Of a stretch of DNA of 50,792 nucleotides, positions 19,491 through 28,960 are shown piece after piece; position 1 is the first letter of the stretch, and every line of letters begins with the position of its first letter. The notes below the pieces were generated by a model. The model saw only the letters and a list, made by a program, of their open reading frames with translations. It did not search any database and was not told the origin of the DNA. Both the position numbers and the translations under genes were made by a program. This stretch comes from a virus (taxonomy: Duplodnaviria; Caudoviricetes), in IMG/VR virus record IMGVR_UViG_3300015366_000230, positions 1 through 50,792 of that record; one strand, written 5' to 3'.

Positions 19491-20330
19491 TTATCGCTTA
19501 ACATTTTCAGTATTAAACTTCACGACCCGATGAGTTGGGAGCTTGAAGTCACCTAACCATGCTTCCATATCACCACGGTATTCAGTGATGGTACGACCAG
19601 CTTGGTCTTTCTTGTGCAACGCGATCAATTGACCTTTTGCGATTGCGCCAGTTCCACGGGAAGCAGCCAAAGCGTCAGCGTAAACACGTTTTTCAACAAG
19701 AGCCAACATTGCGTTGTCTTTAATTGAATTTACGTTAATACTCTTCATTTCATCGCTATGAGCTTGCAAACCGCGCACCATACGCTTACGATAAGCCATT
19801 AAAGTTTCGCCTTGCAATGGGCGTGATGCAGATTTACCAAAAGCAGAATAAACAGAATCAGCTTTAGCTTGTGCATCGCACATAGCAGCTTCTTCGTCAT
19901 CTTTTTTAGCAGCTTCTTCATCGTCATCTTTACGGTCATCTTCTTCATCGTCGTCTTTTTTGAACTCCATGTGACCCGGATGTTCAACTTCGCCTTCGTC
20001 GTCTGGCTTAATTTCACCAGCTTTGCCGTGCTCTTTAGGATCAGATCCTTCTGCGTCTTTTTTAGCTTTACGCATCATGAATTTTTTAGCTTTGGCTTCA
20101 GACTCATCGTCATCTTTCTTAGCTTCTTCTTCTTCGTCGTCGTCGCATGCTTCCATGTCGTCATCTTTTTTCGCTTTAGCTTTTTTATCAGCCGCAGTTA
20201 CTAGTGGTGGCGCAGGAAGGTTTTTTTCCATTTCATCTAAACGGGACATTGTTTTGCCCAGTAAAGACATAATGGCATCTAATTTATCGCCTTGGGCATC
20301 TGCCTTTGGCTCAATCTTATTTTCAGTCAT
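19491..20330 (-). CDS. capsid scaffold protein (likely start MTENKIE at 20330)
   Basis: highly charged KKDDDEE repeats; GAGGTG RBS; overlaps the stop of the protease gene. Confidence 0.7.
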   Translation of the reverse strand: MTENKIEPKADAQGDKLDAIMSLLGKTMSRLDEMEKNLPAPPLVTAADKKAKAKKDDDMEACDDDEEEEAKKDDDESEAKAKKFMMRKAKKDAEGSDPKEHGKAGEIKPDDEGEVEHPGHMEFKKDDDEEDDRKDDDEEAAKKDDEEAAMCDAQAKADSVYSAFGKSASRPLQGETLMAYRKRMVRGLQAHSDEMKSINVNSIKDNAMLALVEKRVYADALAASRGTGAIAKGQLIALHKKDQAGRTITEYRGDMEAWLGDFKLPTHRVVKFNTENVKR

Positions 20331-22140
20331 TTTCAGACACCTCATTGTTAGTTAATAAAACTCCAGCGGCGTCGCCGCCTTTGTCCCATACTCCCTTTGA
20401 ACCCCTAGCTTTCGTAACGATTGCTATGTGATCCAGCAGGAATGGCACACCCTCAATCAAGAGTGGCTCGCCATTCTCGGTTGTAAGTGTAATGTTACCA
20501 GCAGTATTATCAAATACAACTGCTGGGGAAGTTGATACCTCACCTTCCAAAATTTCTTTAATTGCATCTTGGTCATAGATTTTTGCAATACCCCAGACTT
20601 CATCACCTTTAATGTAAGGTAGCAAAACGGAACCAACGGCACGGTTTTTAAATTCTTCTGTTGTTAATACTTGAGTTTCAGGGTGATCCATAATCACCAT
20701 TAAGCCATTACAGCGTTGTAAAAACTCGTTGTTTAAGTACAAAGATGGATCGCGCCAAACGTGTTCACCAATGCTTGAACGGAATGCCAAACCTGTACCT
20801 GTAATGCGAATTGCTAACAAAGCAATATTGGCATACATCTGTGGGCTGGCTAATAAATCTTCAGAAATCAGTTTAGCTACGTCAGTTTCGGTTTTAGCCA
20901 TAGCAATTTTGAACGCATTTTCTAAGCCCGGGTGAAGTGGCATCGGAGGCACCGTTGGACTACACCAATCGGAACCCGAAGATTCGTAGTTAAGCTTTAC
21001 TTCTTCTTTTACAAAGTTGTGAGCAACGTAATAGCAAAATTGTCCATCATCATAAAGAACTTCTAAATCGCCTTTATAATCGATGCCCGTTTCTTCTTTA
21101 CATTCACGGCGAGCGCATTCTTCAAGGGTTTCATCGCCTTTTTGATGTCCGCCGGGGATACACCAAGTACCGGGATAATCCCCACCACCCATACCTCTGC
21201 GAATCATTAAAACTTCTTCGTTAGGAGTGATAAACATAATTCCCGCAGCTCTACCTTGAGCGCCACCCATATTATCTTCAGGCTTTACTTCTTTTGGTGG
21301 TTCTGGTACTAATGCTGCGTTTTGTTCAATTGGCTCGTTTTCGGCATCTGGTACGCAATTCGGTACGCTTTTTCCGTCTTTTTCTTTCATACCATATTGG
21401 GTATAACCTTCCCAACATGGATCATCATCTGGAATAGCTTGTGCATATTCAATTAATGCGTCGCACATTTCTTCTAAATGGCTTTGCGCTTCATCAGCAT
21501 CGCATTTCCATTTTCGCAATGACTTATTGATTCTTGAATCAGGATCGTGAGCCGTCTTTTCAGAAGTAAGTTTGGCTTTCATGCCCTTCATTCGAGCGCA
21601 AAATGATTCTTTTCTTGACCCACCTTTAGGCTGAGGGGCTTTTAAATGCGCGCCATGTTCTTTGTTGTAAGATTCACGACCTTTTTCATTTAAACCACCA
21701 TTTTTGTTTTTGCCTTCTTTGGTCTGCCAAGCTTCAGAATCTTCAACACCAAAACGCGGTACGACTTCCTCATCGCAATCGTCGTCTTGTTTCATGGATT
21801 TGACATGTTGAGCAACTTGATAAAGTTTTTCGCCAATGTCTTTAATTTGCAATTTGCGTAGTTCGTGGCTTAATTCGCCTTTGCGAACCATGATATTGCT
21901 ATCAGTTTCAAACTCTGTTGGAGCTAAAAGTACAGGTGCAGATACCAAAGAATCTTCTTTTAAGGCTTTTACTTCCATTTCTTTTAATAAAAGTTCATTA
22001 AGCCACTCAAGATTTTCAGCTTCGCTGTCATCTTTGTGTTTTACAAATTTTTCGCCAACAGATTGTGGAATACCAATATTAGAATGCCCTGCGGCAGCAG
22101 CGTACATCGCTTTTCTTTGGTTTTCCGACTTAAATGGCAT
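20323..22140 (-). CDS. multidomain head protein: small N-terminal modules + NUDIX hydrolase + DUF2213-like prohead protease
   Basis: Nudix box GGHQKGDETLEECARRECKEETG; DUF2213-like R.P...DHP...DHIAIV region; DUF6321-like AW...EGK...GGLN.KGR...SFCARM module. Confidence 0.75.
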   Translation of the reverse strand: MPFKSENQRKAMYAAAAGHSNIGIPQSVGEKFVKHKDDSEAENLEWLNELLLKEMEVKALKEDSLVSAPVLLAPTEFETDSNIMVRKGELSHELRKLQIKDIGEKLYQVAQHVKSMKQDDDCDEEVVPRFGVEDSEAWQTKEGKNKNGGLNEKGRESYNKEHGAHLKAPQPKGGSRKESFCARMKGMKAKLTSEKTAHDPDSRINKSLRKWKCDADEAQSHLEEMCDALIEYAQAIPDDDPCWEGYTQYGMKEKDGKSVPNCVPDAENEPIEQNAALVPEPPKEVKPEDNMGGAQGRAAGIMFITPNEEVLMIRRGMGGGDYPGTWCIPGGHQKGDETLEECARRECKEETGIDYKGDLEVLYDDGQFCYYVAHNFVKEEVKLNYESSGSDWCSPTVPPMPLHPGLENAFKIAMAKTETDVAKLISEDLLASPQMYANIALLAIRITGTGLAFRSSIGEHVWRDPSLYLNNEFLQRCNGLMVIMDHPETQVLTTEEFKNRAVGSVLLPYIKGDEVWGIAKIYDQDAIKEILEGEVSTSPAVVFDNTAGNITLTTENGEPLLIEGVPFLLDHIAIVTKARGSKGVWDKGGDAAGVLLTNNEVSEND

Positions 22141-22151
22141 AGGTTAAAACC

Positions 22152-22952
22152 CTAATAAATTTTCTTGGATTGTAACGCTTCTTTACCTTTTTGGGTAATC
22201 ATTTCGTCGGGTAGTTGACTCACCCGGTATAAATACTTATACCTACACCGGCAATAAACCTCTTCGCCGGGCGCGACTACATCTGTAGTATAGCCATTTT
22301 TTGACTTTACGTAACCTTCTTTTTGTGCCCAACTATTGTGTATCAAAAATATTTTTTCGTCTAATTCTCGATGATCTTCACGATAATTGTAATTTGATTG
22401 GCGCCAATTACTATGCCATTGCGCTGCGATAGCTCCGTTATCTACAGCTACAATTTCATTAATGTTATTAATTAATTTGTGGGTTTGGTCAATAATAACG
22501 CGGCGTTCTTTAAAAGGTAGCAGTCCCAAAGACTTTTTAACTTGCTTCTTTTCTTCTCTTTTATCAACAGTATCGCTACCGCCAAGGGGGATCGAAGTCG
22601 CCCAACCAGAAAAACGACGTAGCATACTGCTAATCGTTTCTTCGCGGTTGTATTTAATTAAATTAACTGAAGCTAGAATGCGGCGATCCAATTCAGCGCG
22701 CATTTTTGGCTTTAATCGGTCTACAGTAAATCTTGTTACATCTTTATTGACTAATCCGCCCTTAGTTACTAAACGATCAAAAGCGCCCTTTAAAGCACGT
22801 TCAAGCTCGTTTTGGAGCTTTTGTGGTGTAATTAATGATTTTACAGCCGTTTTTCTAAGCTCTTTTACCCAATAATCGAGTCTATCTTGGCTATCGAAGC
22901 CATAAATAATAAACTCATTAATGGCGGCTGTGAGGCACTCATAGAATGTCAT
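22152..22952 (-). CDS. MuF/SPP1 gp7-like head morphogenesis protein
   Basis: R...I.DQT.K, W......R..H..LD, PGE...CRC motifs; follows the portal gene. Confidence 0.8.
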   Translation of the reverse strand: MTFYECLTAAINEFIIYGFDSQDRLDYWVKELRKTAVKSLITPQKLQNELERALKGAFDRLVTKGGLVNKDVTRFTVDRLKPKMRAELDRRILASVNLIKYNREETISSMLRRFSGWATSIPLGGSDTVDKREEKKQVKKSLGLLPFKERRVIIDQTHKLINNINEIVAVDNGAIAAQWHSNWRQSNYNYREDHRELDEKIFLIHNSWAQKEGYVKSKNGYTTDVVAPGEEVYCRCRYKYLYRVSQLPDEMITQKGKEALQSKKIY

Positions 22953-22962
22953 TGCTTTTTCT

Positions 22963-24369
22963 TTAAGCTAATTTAGGTAAATTAGGTTGTTCTTGAATTG
23001 GAATTTCATACTCTGCAATATCTTCCATATCCAATTGCATATTAGATTTAAACATTTCCGGCATTTCAGACAAATTGTCTTGCGCCCACTGAATCAATAC
23101 AGCTCTGTTTTCTGGACTTACCACTGGCAACAGAGTGCGAAGCATTTCGTTAATGCCTTTGAGTTTTACTTCTTCTGTTTTAACCAGTTCGCTTGGGGTT
23201 TCCTCAATCATAGAGTCCCAAGTTGGGGTAAACGCATCTTTCCACTCGTAAAAGGCTTGTTCGTAAGTTTTGTTGCTGTACATCTCAGGATATTTATTCT
23301 GAACAGCTTCAAAAAACTGTTTATTCCATGCGCGGTGCATTACGATTTTGTCAAAAAAGGTAAACAGGAAGCGCATATCGTTACGCAAACCAGTAACGTA
23401 CTGAGCAATAGCGATAGCATCTTGAGAGCCTTCTGCAAAGCTGTTTGCCAAAGCCTCATCTTTTAACAAGATAGCTGGCACGTCCGTAGCTGCCGCGATG
23501 TTGGCGATGATGTTGTCGCGCGCGGTAGTCATGGCAGTGTCGGTGTTATTCAAGTCGATAGACTCAATATTTTCATCAATATCAATCGACAACACGTTGC
23601 CGGTAGTGCCTTGTTGCAAGTAGCTACGCTTGATGCCCGCCGCTGTTTGCATCAAGCGATTAACGATTGAGCCAGATTGCTTTTGCTTAATTACCAGCAG
23701 ACCCGCTTTGAAAGTGACCAAATCGTCAGTGACCATAGACTGAACGAATGATTTCAAAGGATACAGGGCTCGCTGGAATACCGAACGACCTGTGAAACCG
23801 AAACCGGATGGCTGGTAAGCTAAGTAAATCGGCGTATTGTTATACACAATACAGCTACGACTTGGATGATAAGGTTGACCCGCAGCCGTTATAAAAGGTA
23901 ACGGCTTTTGAAAGTCTGGCGCATTCGGGTTTTGGTTGGTGACAGTTGAGCCAGCAAGGTTTAACGGGTCAAGTTTGTTAAAGTAAATATTTAAATCAGG
24001 CAATTTCCAAGGATCAATTTCTTGGTCAGTCGGAATACCTTCGGCGCCATACACAACGGCAGCCACACCATATACACGTTTTAAAAAAGTAACATCGCGA
24101 ATAATGTTGGTAGCGTCAAGCCTATCCCATTCTTCTTGAAATGCTTTAATCAACATTTCCTTTGGGTGACAATCCATCGCAATTAAGCGTGGCTTTGCTA
24201 ACGCTAAAACAATTGGCTTTTCAATAATCTTAGGGGCTAACGGGTGAAACTCAAAGATGGCTTTGCAAGTTTGATAACCAACAGGGCTACCCGGCTCAAT
24301 CGCTTCTGACTGTAAAAAATCCATCAATGGGGATGGTAAGCCTGTATTGGATACGGTGACGTCAGCCAT
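22963..24369 (-). CDS. portal protein (DUF1073-like)
   Basis: 468 aa directly after terL; G.SV and IAAA...P...L motifs. Confidence 0.8.
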   Translation of the reverse strand: MADVTVSNTGLPSPLMDFLQSEAIEPGSPVGYQTCKAIFEFHPLAPKIIEKPIVLALAKPRLIAMDCHPKEMLIKAFQEEWDRLDATNIIRDVTFLKRVYGVAAVVYGAEGIPTDQEIDPWKLPDLNIYFNKLDPLNLAGSTVTNQNPNAPDFQKPLPFITAAGQPYHPSRSCIVYNNTPIYLAYQPSGFGFTGRSVFQRALYPLKSFVQSMVTDDLVTFKAGLLVIKQKQSGSIVNRLMQTAAGIKRSYLQQGTTGNVLSIDIDENIESIDLNNTDTAMTTARDNIIANIAAATDVPAILLKDEALANSFAEGSQDAIAIAQYVTGLRNDMRFLFTFFDKIVMHRAWNKQFFEAVQNKYPEMYSNKTYEQAFYEWKDAFTPTWDSMIEETPSELVKTEEVKLKGINEMLRTLLPVVSPENRAVLIQWAQDNLSEMPEMFKSNMQLDMEDIAEYEIPIQEQPNLPKLA

Positions 24370-24404
24370 AAATTAATCCTATAAATAGATTGCCCATCAT
24401 ACCA

Positions 24405-25691
24405 TTAGAATCCGAGCTTATTGCCTAATCCTAGCGCAATTCCATAGACTGTGCAATCTAATAAATCGTCCGCGCGCTTGTGGGCATCGGGATCACCTAG
24501 TCTAAACGCAGATAGCTGAGTAATCAAGTGATTGCGTGTAGCGCCCTTAAAACCGACGGTTTTATTGAACGCATATTCGCTAATTTTCATTTGTTCTTGG
24601 TGAACGTACCCTGATACGTTGACCACTCTTTCATCTTTGCCTAATTGTGTCATTTTGCTATCAATGGCGCGCATATTCCAACCACGGTTTTCAGCTTGCT
24701 GCAATAAAATAGAACCAGTAGCCGTATCTTCAGTGAATATTCCCACCGATCCATAGACTGCTTTGGTTTGAATGGCTAATTCTTCTAGTCGGCGGTAAAT
24801 GCTGGGAATCCAATGCTCTAATAACCCACCATCGATTTGAACCACGTCCCAATCGAGGACGGTTAGCGGTATGCCAAACTCATTTAACGCAAAAAAGACC
24901 ACTGCAGTTCCATCGTGTTGTTTGCCGCCTTTTACCGCCGTATCCATTACCGCGAACACCGCGTCAGATCTTTCGGGGTAGGGGACGGGCAATCCGTCAA
25001 TGAGCATCTTGTCGATCGACAGGATGGCAACGCTAGACCAATCGACAAACTCGGCAAGATACTCTTGCTGGAACACTTGCGGGTGGTTGCGCTGGCGTTC
25101 GCGTTCTAATTCATCTAACGGGACATACGGGTTTGTACTGGTAGGCGCATGAAACGGCACAAAACCCAGTTCGGGATCGTTACTTGCTGCCCAAAAGAAA
25201 TTGCTAGCATCTACGCCGTTCGGCGTAGAAAATACCCATCCAATACCTTTGGTTGTCAGCATGGTTGGCTTGATGGACTTGAACCAGAGTTCATCTAACA
25301 TTTGCGGGCTTTTGGTAAACGCCGCTTCGTCAATCAGCACCAAGTCGTACTCGCGCCCGCGCCCTGCTAGCGGGTTGTCATTTAGCGCCCAGAAGTCAAT
25401 CTTGCCGCCACCCATAATCTTGATGGTACCGTCGTTGCGGTTGGCGGACTTGACCACGGGATCTAACATGTCGCGCAAATTACTCCACGGTTCGGACAAC
25501 TGCTTATACTCGGGGGTAAACAATCCGACTGACAGCCCATTGCAAGCGCCCTTAGCCGCAAGCCATTCCATCATGCGTGTTTTACCCCAGCGTCGTCCGC
25601 AGCGTACAACATTCAATCTTTTTTGTTGTAAAAACAGGGCTTCTTGCCCTGAATGTAACACTGGTAACTTGACTCTTCGGACGTCAGCCAT
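24405..25691 (-). CDS. terL: terminase large subunit
   Basis: Walker A GRRWGKT, GR...DLVLIDEAA, STPNG, QEYLAEF, nuclease D...DD..D. Confidence 0.95.
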   Translation of the reverse strand: MADVRRVKLPVLHSGQEALFLQQKRLNVVRCGRRWGKTRMMEWLAAKGACNGLSVGLFTPEYKQLSEPWSNLRDMLDPVVKSANRNDGTIKIMGGGKIDFWALNDNPLAGRGREYDLVLIDEAAFTKSPQMLDELWFKSIKPTMLTTKGIGWVFSTPNGVDASNFFWAASNDPELGFVPFHAPTSTNPYVPLDELERERQRNHPQVFQQEYLAEFVDWSSVAILSIDKMLIDGLPVPYPERSDAVFAVMDTAVKGGKQHDGTAVVFFALNEFGIPLTVLDWDVVQIDGGLLEHWIPSIYRRLEELAIQTKAVYGSVGIFTEDTATGSILLQQAENRGWNMRAIDSKMTQLGKDERVVNVSGYVHQEQMKISEYAFNKTVGFKGATRNHLITQLSAFRLGDPDAHKRADDLLDCTVYGIALGLGNKLGF

Positions 25692-25697
25692 TAGCTG

Positions 25698-26099
25698 TTA
25701 GCTTTCAATTTTTGGATCGGGCAATGAGTTCTCAACAATAATGCGTAGTTCGTTAGTGCCGTCAGCTTCTGGCTTGGCAGGTTTCCAGCCATGTAAGTGA
25801 GTAAGCACTGTCGTTGCCGCTTTTGTATCACCATTTAAAGCATTACGCATAAGCGATCCGCTGACATCGGAATGGTTTTTGGCACGTCCATAGACAACGG
25901 CTTCAGCCGCTTTTTGGTCAAATTGGCAAAGACGATTGAAATCTACGGGCAAAAAGCCGGCGGCGATAGCAAGGGCGTCACCGGATAGTCCACGATAAGC
26001 TGCATCGTAAATATTGGCGATCTCTTCTTCGGTGGCGACAATTTTGTCTGTTTTATGGTCAATAGAGAAAAATAGCGGATCGGGTGTAAAGCGTTCCAT
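25698..26099 (-). CDS. terS: terminase small subunit
   Basis: directly upstream of terL; HTH-like region then GRA...V...L...A..GD..A motif. Confidence 0.75.
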   Translation of the reverse strand: MERFTPDPLFFSIDHKTDKIVATEEEIANIYDAAYRGLSGDALAIAAGFLPVDFNRLCQFDQKAAEAVVYGRAKNHSDVSGSLMRNALNGDTKAATTVLTHLHGWKPAKPEADGTNELRIIVENSLPDPKIES

Positions 26100-26467
26100 A
26101 GTTTCTCCTAAATATTGACAGATGAGCCGATATTAGCACAAACCCTTAAATATGCAAACTATTAGGGTTTACCCTATAGTTTAAAACTATGGGCTTTTAG
26201 CTTGGGGCTGTTTGACATAATATGTTAGTACATACTAACTTAGTTTTATTTTTTAAAAATTTTTGTAGCCGATTTGCAAAAGACTTTTTTGCATAAATCC
26301 TAGATTAAAAACCCGATTCTTTGTGCTCACCTAAAGTAATGACCCCCTTTTTCGATTTTATATGGCAAAAATCCGCGCCTTATAAACAAAGGGCGGGCGG
26401 GCGATATCGCCTTGAAAGCCCCTAGTTATAAGCCCCCAGCCCCTCGCTGATAGCTTTTAGCTGACGG

Positions 26468-26495
26468 CTTGCGTATAACGTACATTATGTCAATC
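26468..26495 (+). other. dif-like XerC/XerD recombination site
   Basis: CTTGCGTATAA-CGTACA-TTATGTCAATC versus E. coli dif GGTGCGCATAA-TGTATA-TTATGTTAAAT; 11-6-11 architecture. Confidence 0.65.
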
Positions 26496-26601
26496 AATAA
26501 TAGGTTAAATTGTCATTGGAAAACTATTAGCTTAGGTCTATTAGCTAGGGGCTAACGGCTTGAAATTTAAGCCGGAGCGAGGCGGGGACAAAATTTACCT
26601 A

Positions 26602-26720
26602 TTAGCCCCTAGCCCCTAGCTGATAGCTCTAATATTAGCCCCTAGCTCCTAGCTCCCAGCTGATAGCTTTGCTATTTATCAGCTTGATCGAGCTATTTTT
26701 CAGCTATTAGCTAGCAGCTC
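26602..26720. repeat. 7-mer AGC[CT]CCT tandem repeats with GCTGATAGCT units
   Basis: TTAGCCCCTAGCCCCTAGCTGATAGCT and TTAGCCCCTAGCTCCTAGCTCCCAGCTGATAGCT; related copies near 26418, 28832, 29757. Confidence 0.75.
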
Positions 26721-27001
26721 AAAATCACGGATTTTTGCATGGTTTAAAAAATTGTCATTTGGGCAAATTGTCACGCACGAAAAATTGCTCGCCATAAAAA
26801 TATATAAAAACCCTATATATACATTCAGTAAAATTAAAAATTTAAGATAGTATGACAATTTGACCTATAAAAAAGCTCCAAGCTCCTAGCCGTAAACCTT
26901 TGCCGATTGTCACGCCCCCAAAAAAGCGGCTTTATTCATTACCTAAAAAAATGACAATTTCCCGCTATTTTGCAAAAACGCAACAAAATGTAAAATAATT
27001 C

Positions 27002-27030
27002 TTTACGCATGCTTAAAAATTTGAGATACT
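27002..27030 (+). promoter_or_regulatory. sigma70-like early promoter
   Basis: TTTACG-17 nt-GATACT with extended TGn, upstream of the early ORF cluster. Confidence 0.5.
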
Positions 27031-27086
27031 GATTTTGTTGTATCGCAATTTGATAAATGACAATTTAACCTATAAGGGATAAAAAA

Positions 27087-27197
27087 ATGAATAAACAAAA
27101 AATAACATTTTGGGAATTTTTAGGCGCTTGCGTTTTGGGCGCAGTAATCGGGACATTTTCCGCCATTGTTTACATATACGCTACAGGGGGTTTTTAA
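27087..27197 (+). CDS. 36-aa single-TM early peptide (not in the ORF track)
   Basis: MNKQKITFWEFLGACVLGAVIGTFSAIVYIYATGGF*, AAGGGA RBS. Confidence 0.6.
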   Translation: MNKQKITFWEFLGACVLGAVIGTFSAIVYIYATGGF

Positions 27198-27198
27198 C

Positions 27199-28089
27199 AT
27201 GAAAACAGTTTTTTCTAGCCATAACGAGTGCGCGCATATTTGGGCGTCACAATCACAATACGAAGGGCGCGCGGGCAATATCTTTTTTGAAGGGGATACG
27301 GTTTACAGTTACGGGCGTCATTTTCCCGTCGCGCGCTTCGCGCCTGAATTTGGCGGGATTGTTTTATTCACGGATCGCGGCTATTCCAACAGTACGAGCA
27401 AACATAAGGGGATTATTCGCGGCGCTATCCCTAGCGCCTACACCGTTATATATTGCGACGATCCAAGCCGCCCCGCCTCGCATAATTTAGATATTTGGGC
27501 GCGGCGCGTGGATCGCTTGCGCGGGGAATTTGCCGCTAAGAAAAACAAACAAGGGCGCGCCAAGCTCGCGGGCGAGATATTCGCCAATAGCTGCGCGGCG
27601 ATCGCCTATTGTGACGCGCTCAAGATCGACGCGCCCGGCTTTACTTGCTCAACCACGGACGAGGATAATAGCCGCGAATACGGTGCTATTGTTGCGCGCG
27701 AGCGAGAAGCTAAGGCGACAATTCGCCGCGCTGAATATGAGAAAAAATCCGCTCTAGAGGCTGCCGAGCGCCTCGCTTTATGGCAAGCGGGCGAATATGT
27801 ACCTTCTCACGGCTTCAATTATTGCGATACGGTTTTAAGAATTAAGGGCGAAAACATACAAACAAGCCGCGGCGCTCAAATACCCGTTGCCGACGCGCTC
27901 AAAATCTATCCTTTATTAGATCGCGCCAAGCGATCCGGCAAAACATTAGAGGCGGGGCTGCACAATATCAATTTGGGATCGTATCGTTTTAATAGTTTTG
28001 ATGGAAATACGCTTATCGTCGGCTGCCATTCGATAGCGTGGAATGAAATAGAAAAAATGGCAATTCAGTTAAATTTAAGAGAGGGTTAA
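27199..28089 (+). CDS. early phage protein of unknown function (start revised to ATG 27199)
   Basis: AGGGGG RBS; AH.WA.Q...YSYG.HF motif recalled from phage early genes. Confidence 0.7.
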   Translation: MKTVFSSHNECAHIWASQSQYEGRAGNIFFEGDTVYSYGRHFPVARFAPEFGGIVLFTDRGYSNSTSKHKGIIRGAIPSAYTVIYCDDPSRPASHNLDIWARRVDRLRGEFAAKKNKQGRAKLAGEIFANSCAAIAYCDALKIDAPGFTCSTTDEDNSREYGAIVAREREAKATIRRAEYEKKSALEAAERLALWQAGEYVPSHGFNYCDTVLRIKGENIQTSRGAQIPVADALKIYPLLDRAKRSGKTLEAGLHNINLGSYRFNSFDGNTLIVGCHSIAWNEIEKMAIQLNLREG

Positions 28090-28092
28090 AAA

Positions 28093-28335
28093 ATGGCTAA
28101 ATTTAGAGTTTACACGGACGAAAAAATAACTTTATGGCAGCGCGTCGGCTTAGTTATTGACGCCGAAAACGAAGAGCAAGCCCGCGCGATCTTAAACGAT
28201 CCGGCGCGCTTCGAGGCGCTCATGTATGACGGCGGGGGCGAATATACCGGCGACGTTGATCCGTATTGGGAGACCGAAGAGCATAGCGAATGGGATCACG
28301 TCGCCCCGACAATAACAGAAATTGGGGGTAAATAA
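28093..28335 (+). CDS. small acidic early protein
   Basis: GAGGG RBS; 18 D/E versus 7 K/R in 80 aa. Confidence 0.7.
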   Translation: MAKFRVYTDEKITLWQRVGLVIDAENEEQARAILNDPARFEALMYDGGGEYTGDVDPYWETEEHSEWDHVAPTITEIGGK

Positions 28336-28544
28336 TGATAAATATCACTTATGACGAATATCAAAAAATCCGCCGATTGTCCGATTTTGCTTTATGGTAT
28401 CTCGAAGAGCGCGAGCCGTCCGGCGAGCAATATTTTCTAGATAAAGCGGATATATGCGAGGGGCTAAAAGTGATAGAGCAATTAAACGGCGATCTATCAA
28501 TTATGGCAATTAAACAAATAAACAAGGATAGCGAAAGAGCATAA
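28335..28544 (+). CDS. hypothetical early protein
   Basis: TAATG coupling with the upstream ORF. Confidence 0.6.
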   Translation: MINITYDEYQKIRRLSDFALWYLEEREPSGEQYFLDKADICEGLKVIEQLNGDLSIMAIKQINKDSERA

Positions 28545-28547
28545 AAA

Positions 28548-28865
28548 ATGATTACTTCCGAAGATTTTAGCCGCGCAAATAATGACGTAAACGGGAACCC
28601 CCGCTATGTTTGCCACTTTTTAAGCCTGACAGTACCAAGCGATCTAGAGGGCTATTTAGGGTTAGATAAAATAACGCAAAAATACAATATAGCTTTAGCC
28701 CGCGCCCGTAAGCTAGGCGGCAAAAAATTTCACAATAAACAATATGGCGGGGGGATCATTTTTACTACTTATAACTTGCGCGAATTGTGCGAGCAAATAA
28801 ACGCGATCCGCGCCGCGTTATTGCCGCCCCAAGCCCCTAGCTATCAGCAATTAGAATTATTTTAA
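28548..28865 (+). CDS. phage early protein (DVNGNPRY...YGGGI motif)
   Basis: in the early operon, followed by a terminator. Confidence 0.65.
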   Translation: MITSEDFSRANNDVNGNPRYVCHFLSLTVPSDLEGYLGLDKITQKYNIALARARKLGGKKFHNKQYGGGIIFTTYNLRELCEQINAIRAALLPPQAPSYQQLELF

Positions 28866-28883
28866 AAATTATCAGTTAAAACG

Positions 28884-28913
28884 CCCCGCCTTGATCTATT
28901 GGCGGGGTTTTTT
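28884..28913 (+). terminator. Rho-independent terminator
   Basis: CCCCGCC...GGCGGGG followed by T6. Confidence 0.75.
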
Positions 28914-28960
28914 GGCGGGTAATTTTGCCCGATTTTGTTTTAATTCTAGAGGGTTAAACC

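Larger units (their letters stand above)
26500..27075. repeat. iteron/operator-like TGACAATTT(RACCTAT) repeats in both orientations
   Basis: AAATTGTCA at 26507, 26749, 26765; TGACAATTT at 26853, 26952, 27058; partial copy at 26906; perfect 18-bp inverted pair 26500-26517/27056-27073. Confidence 0.8.
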
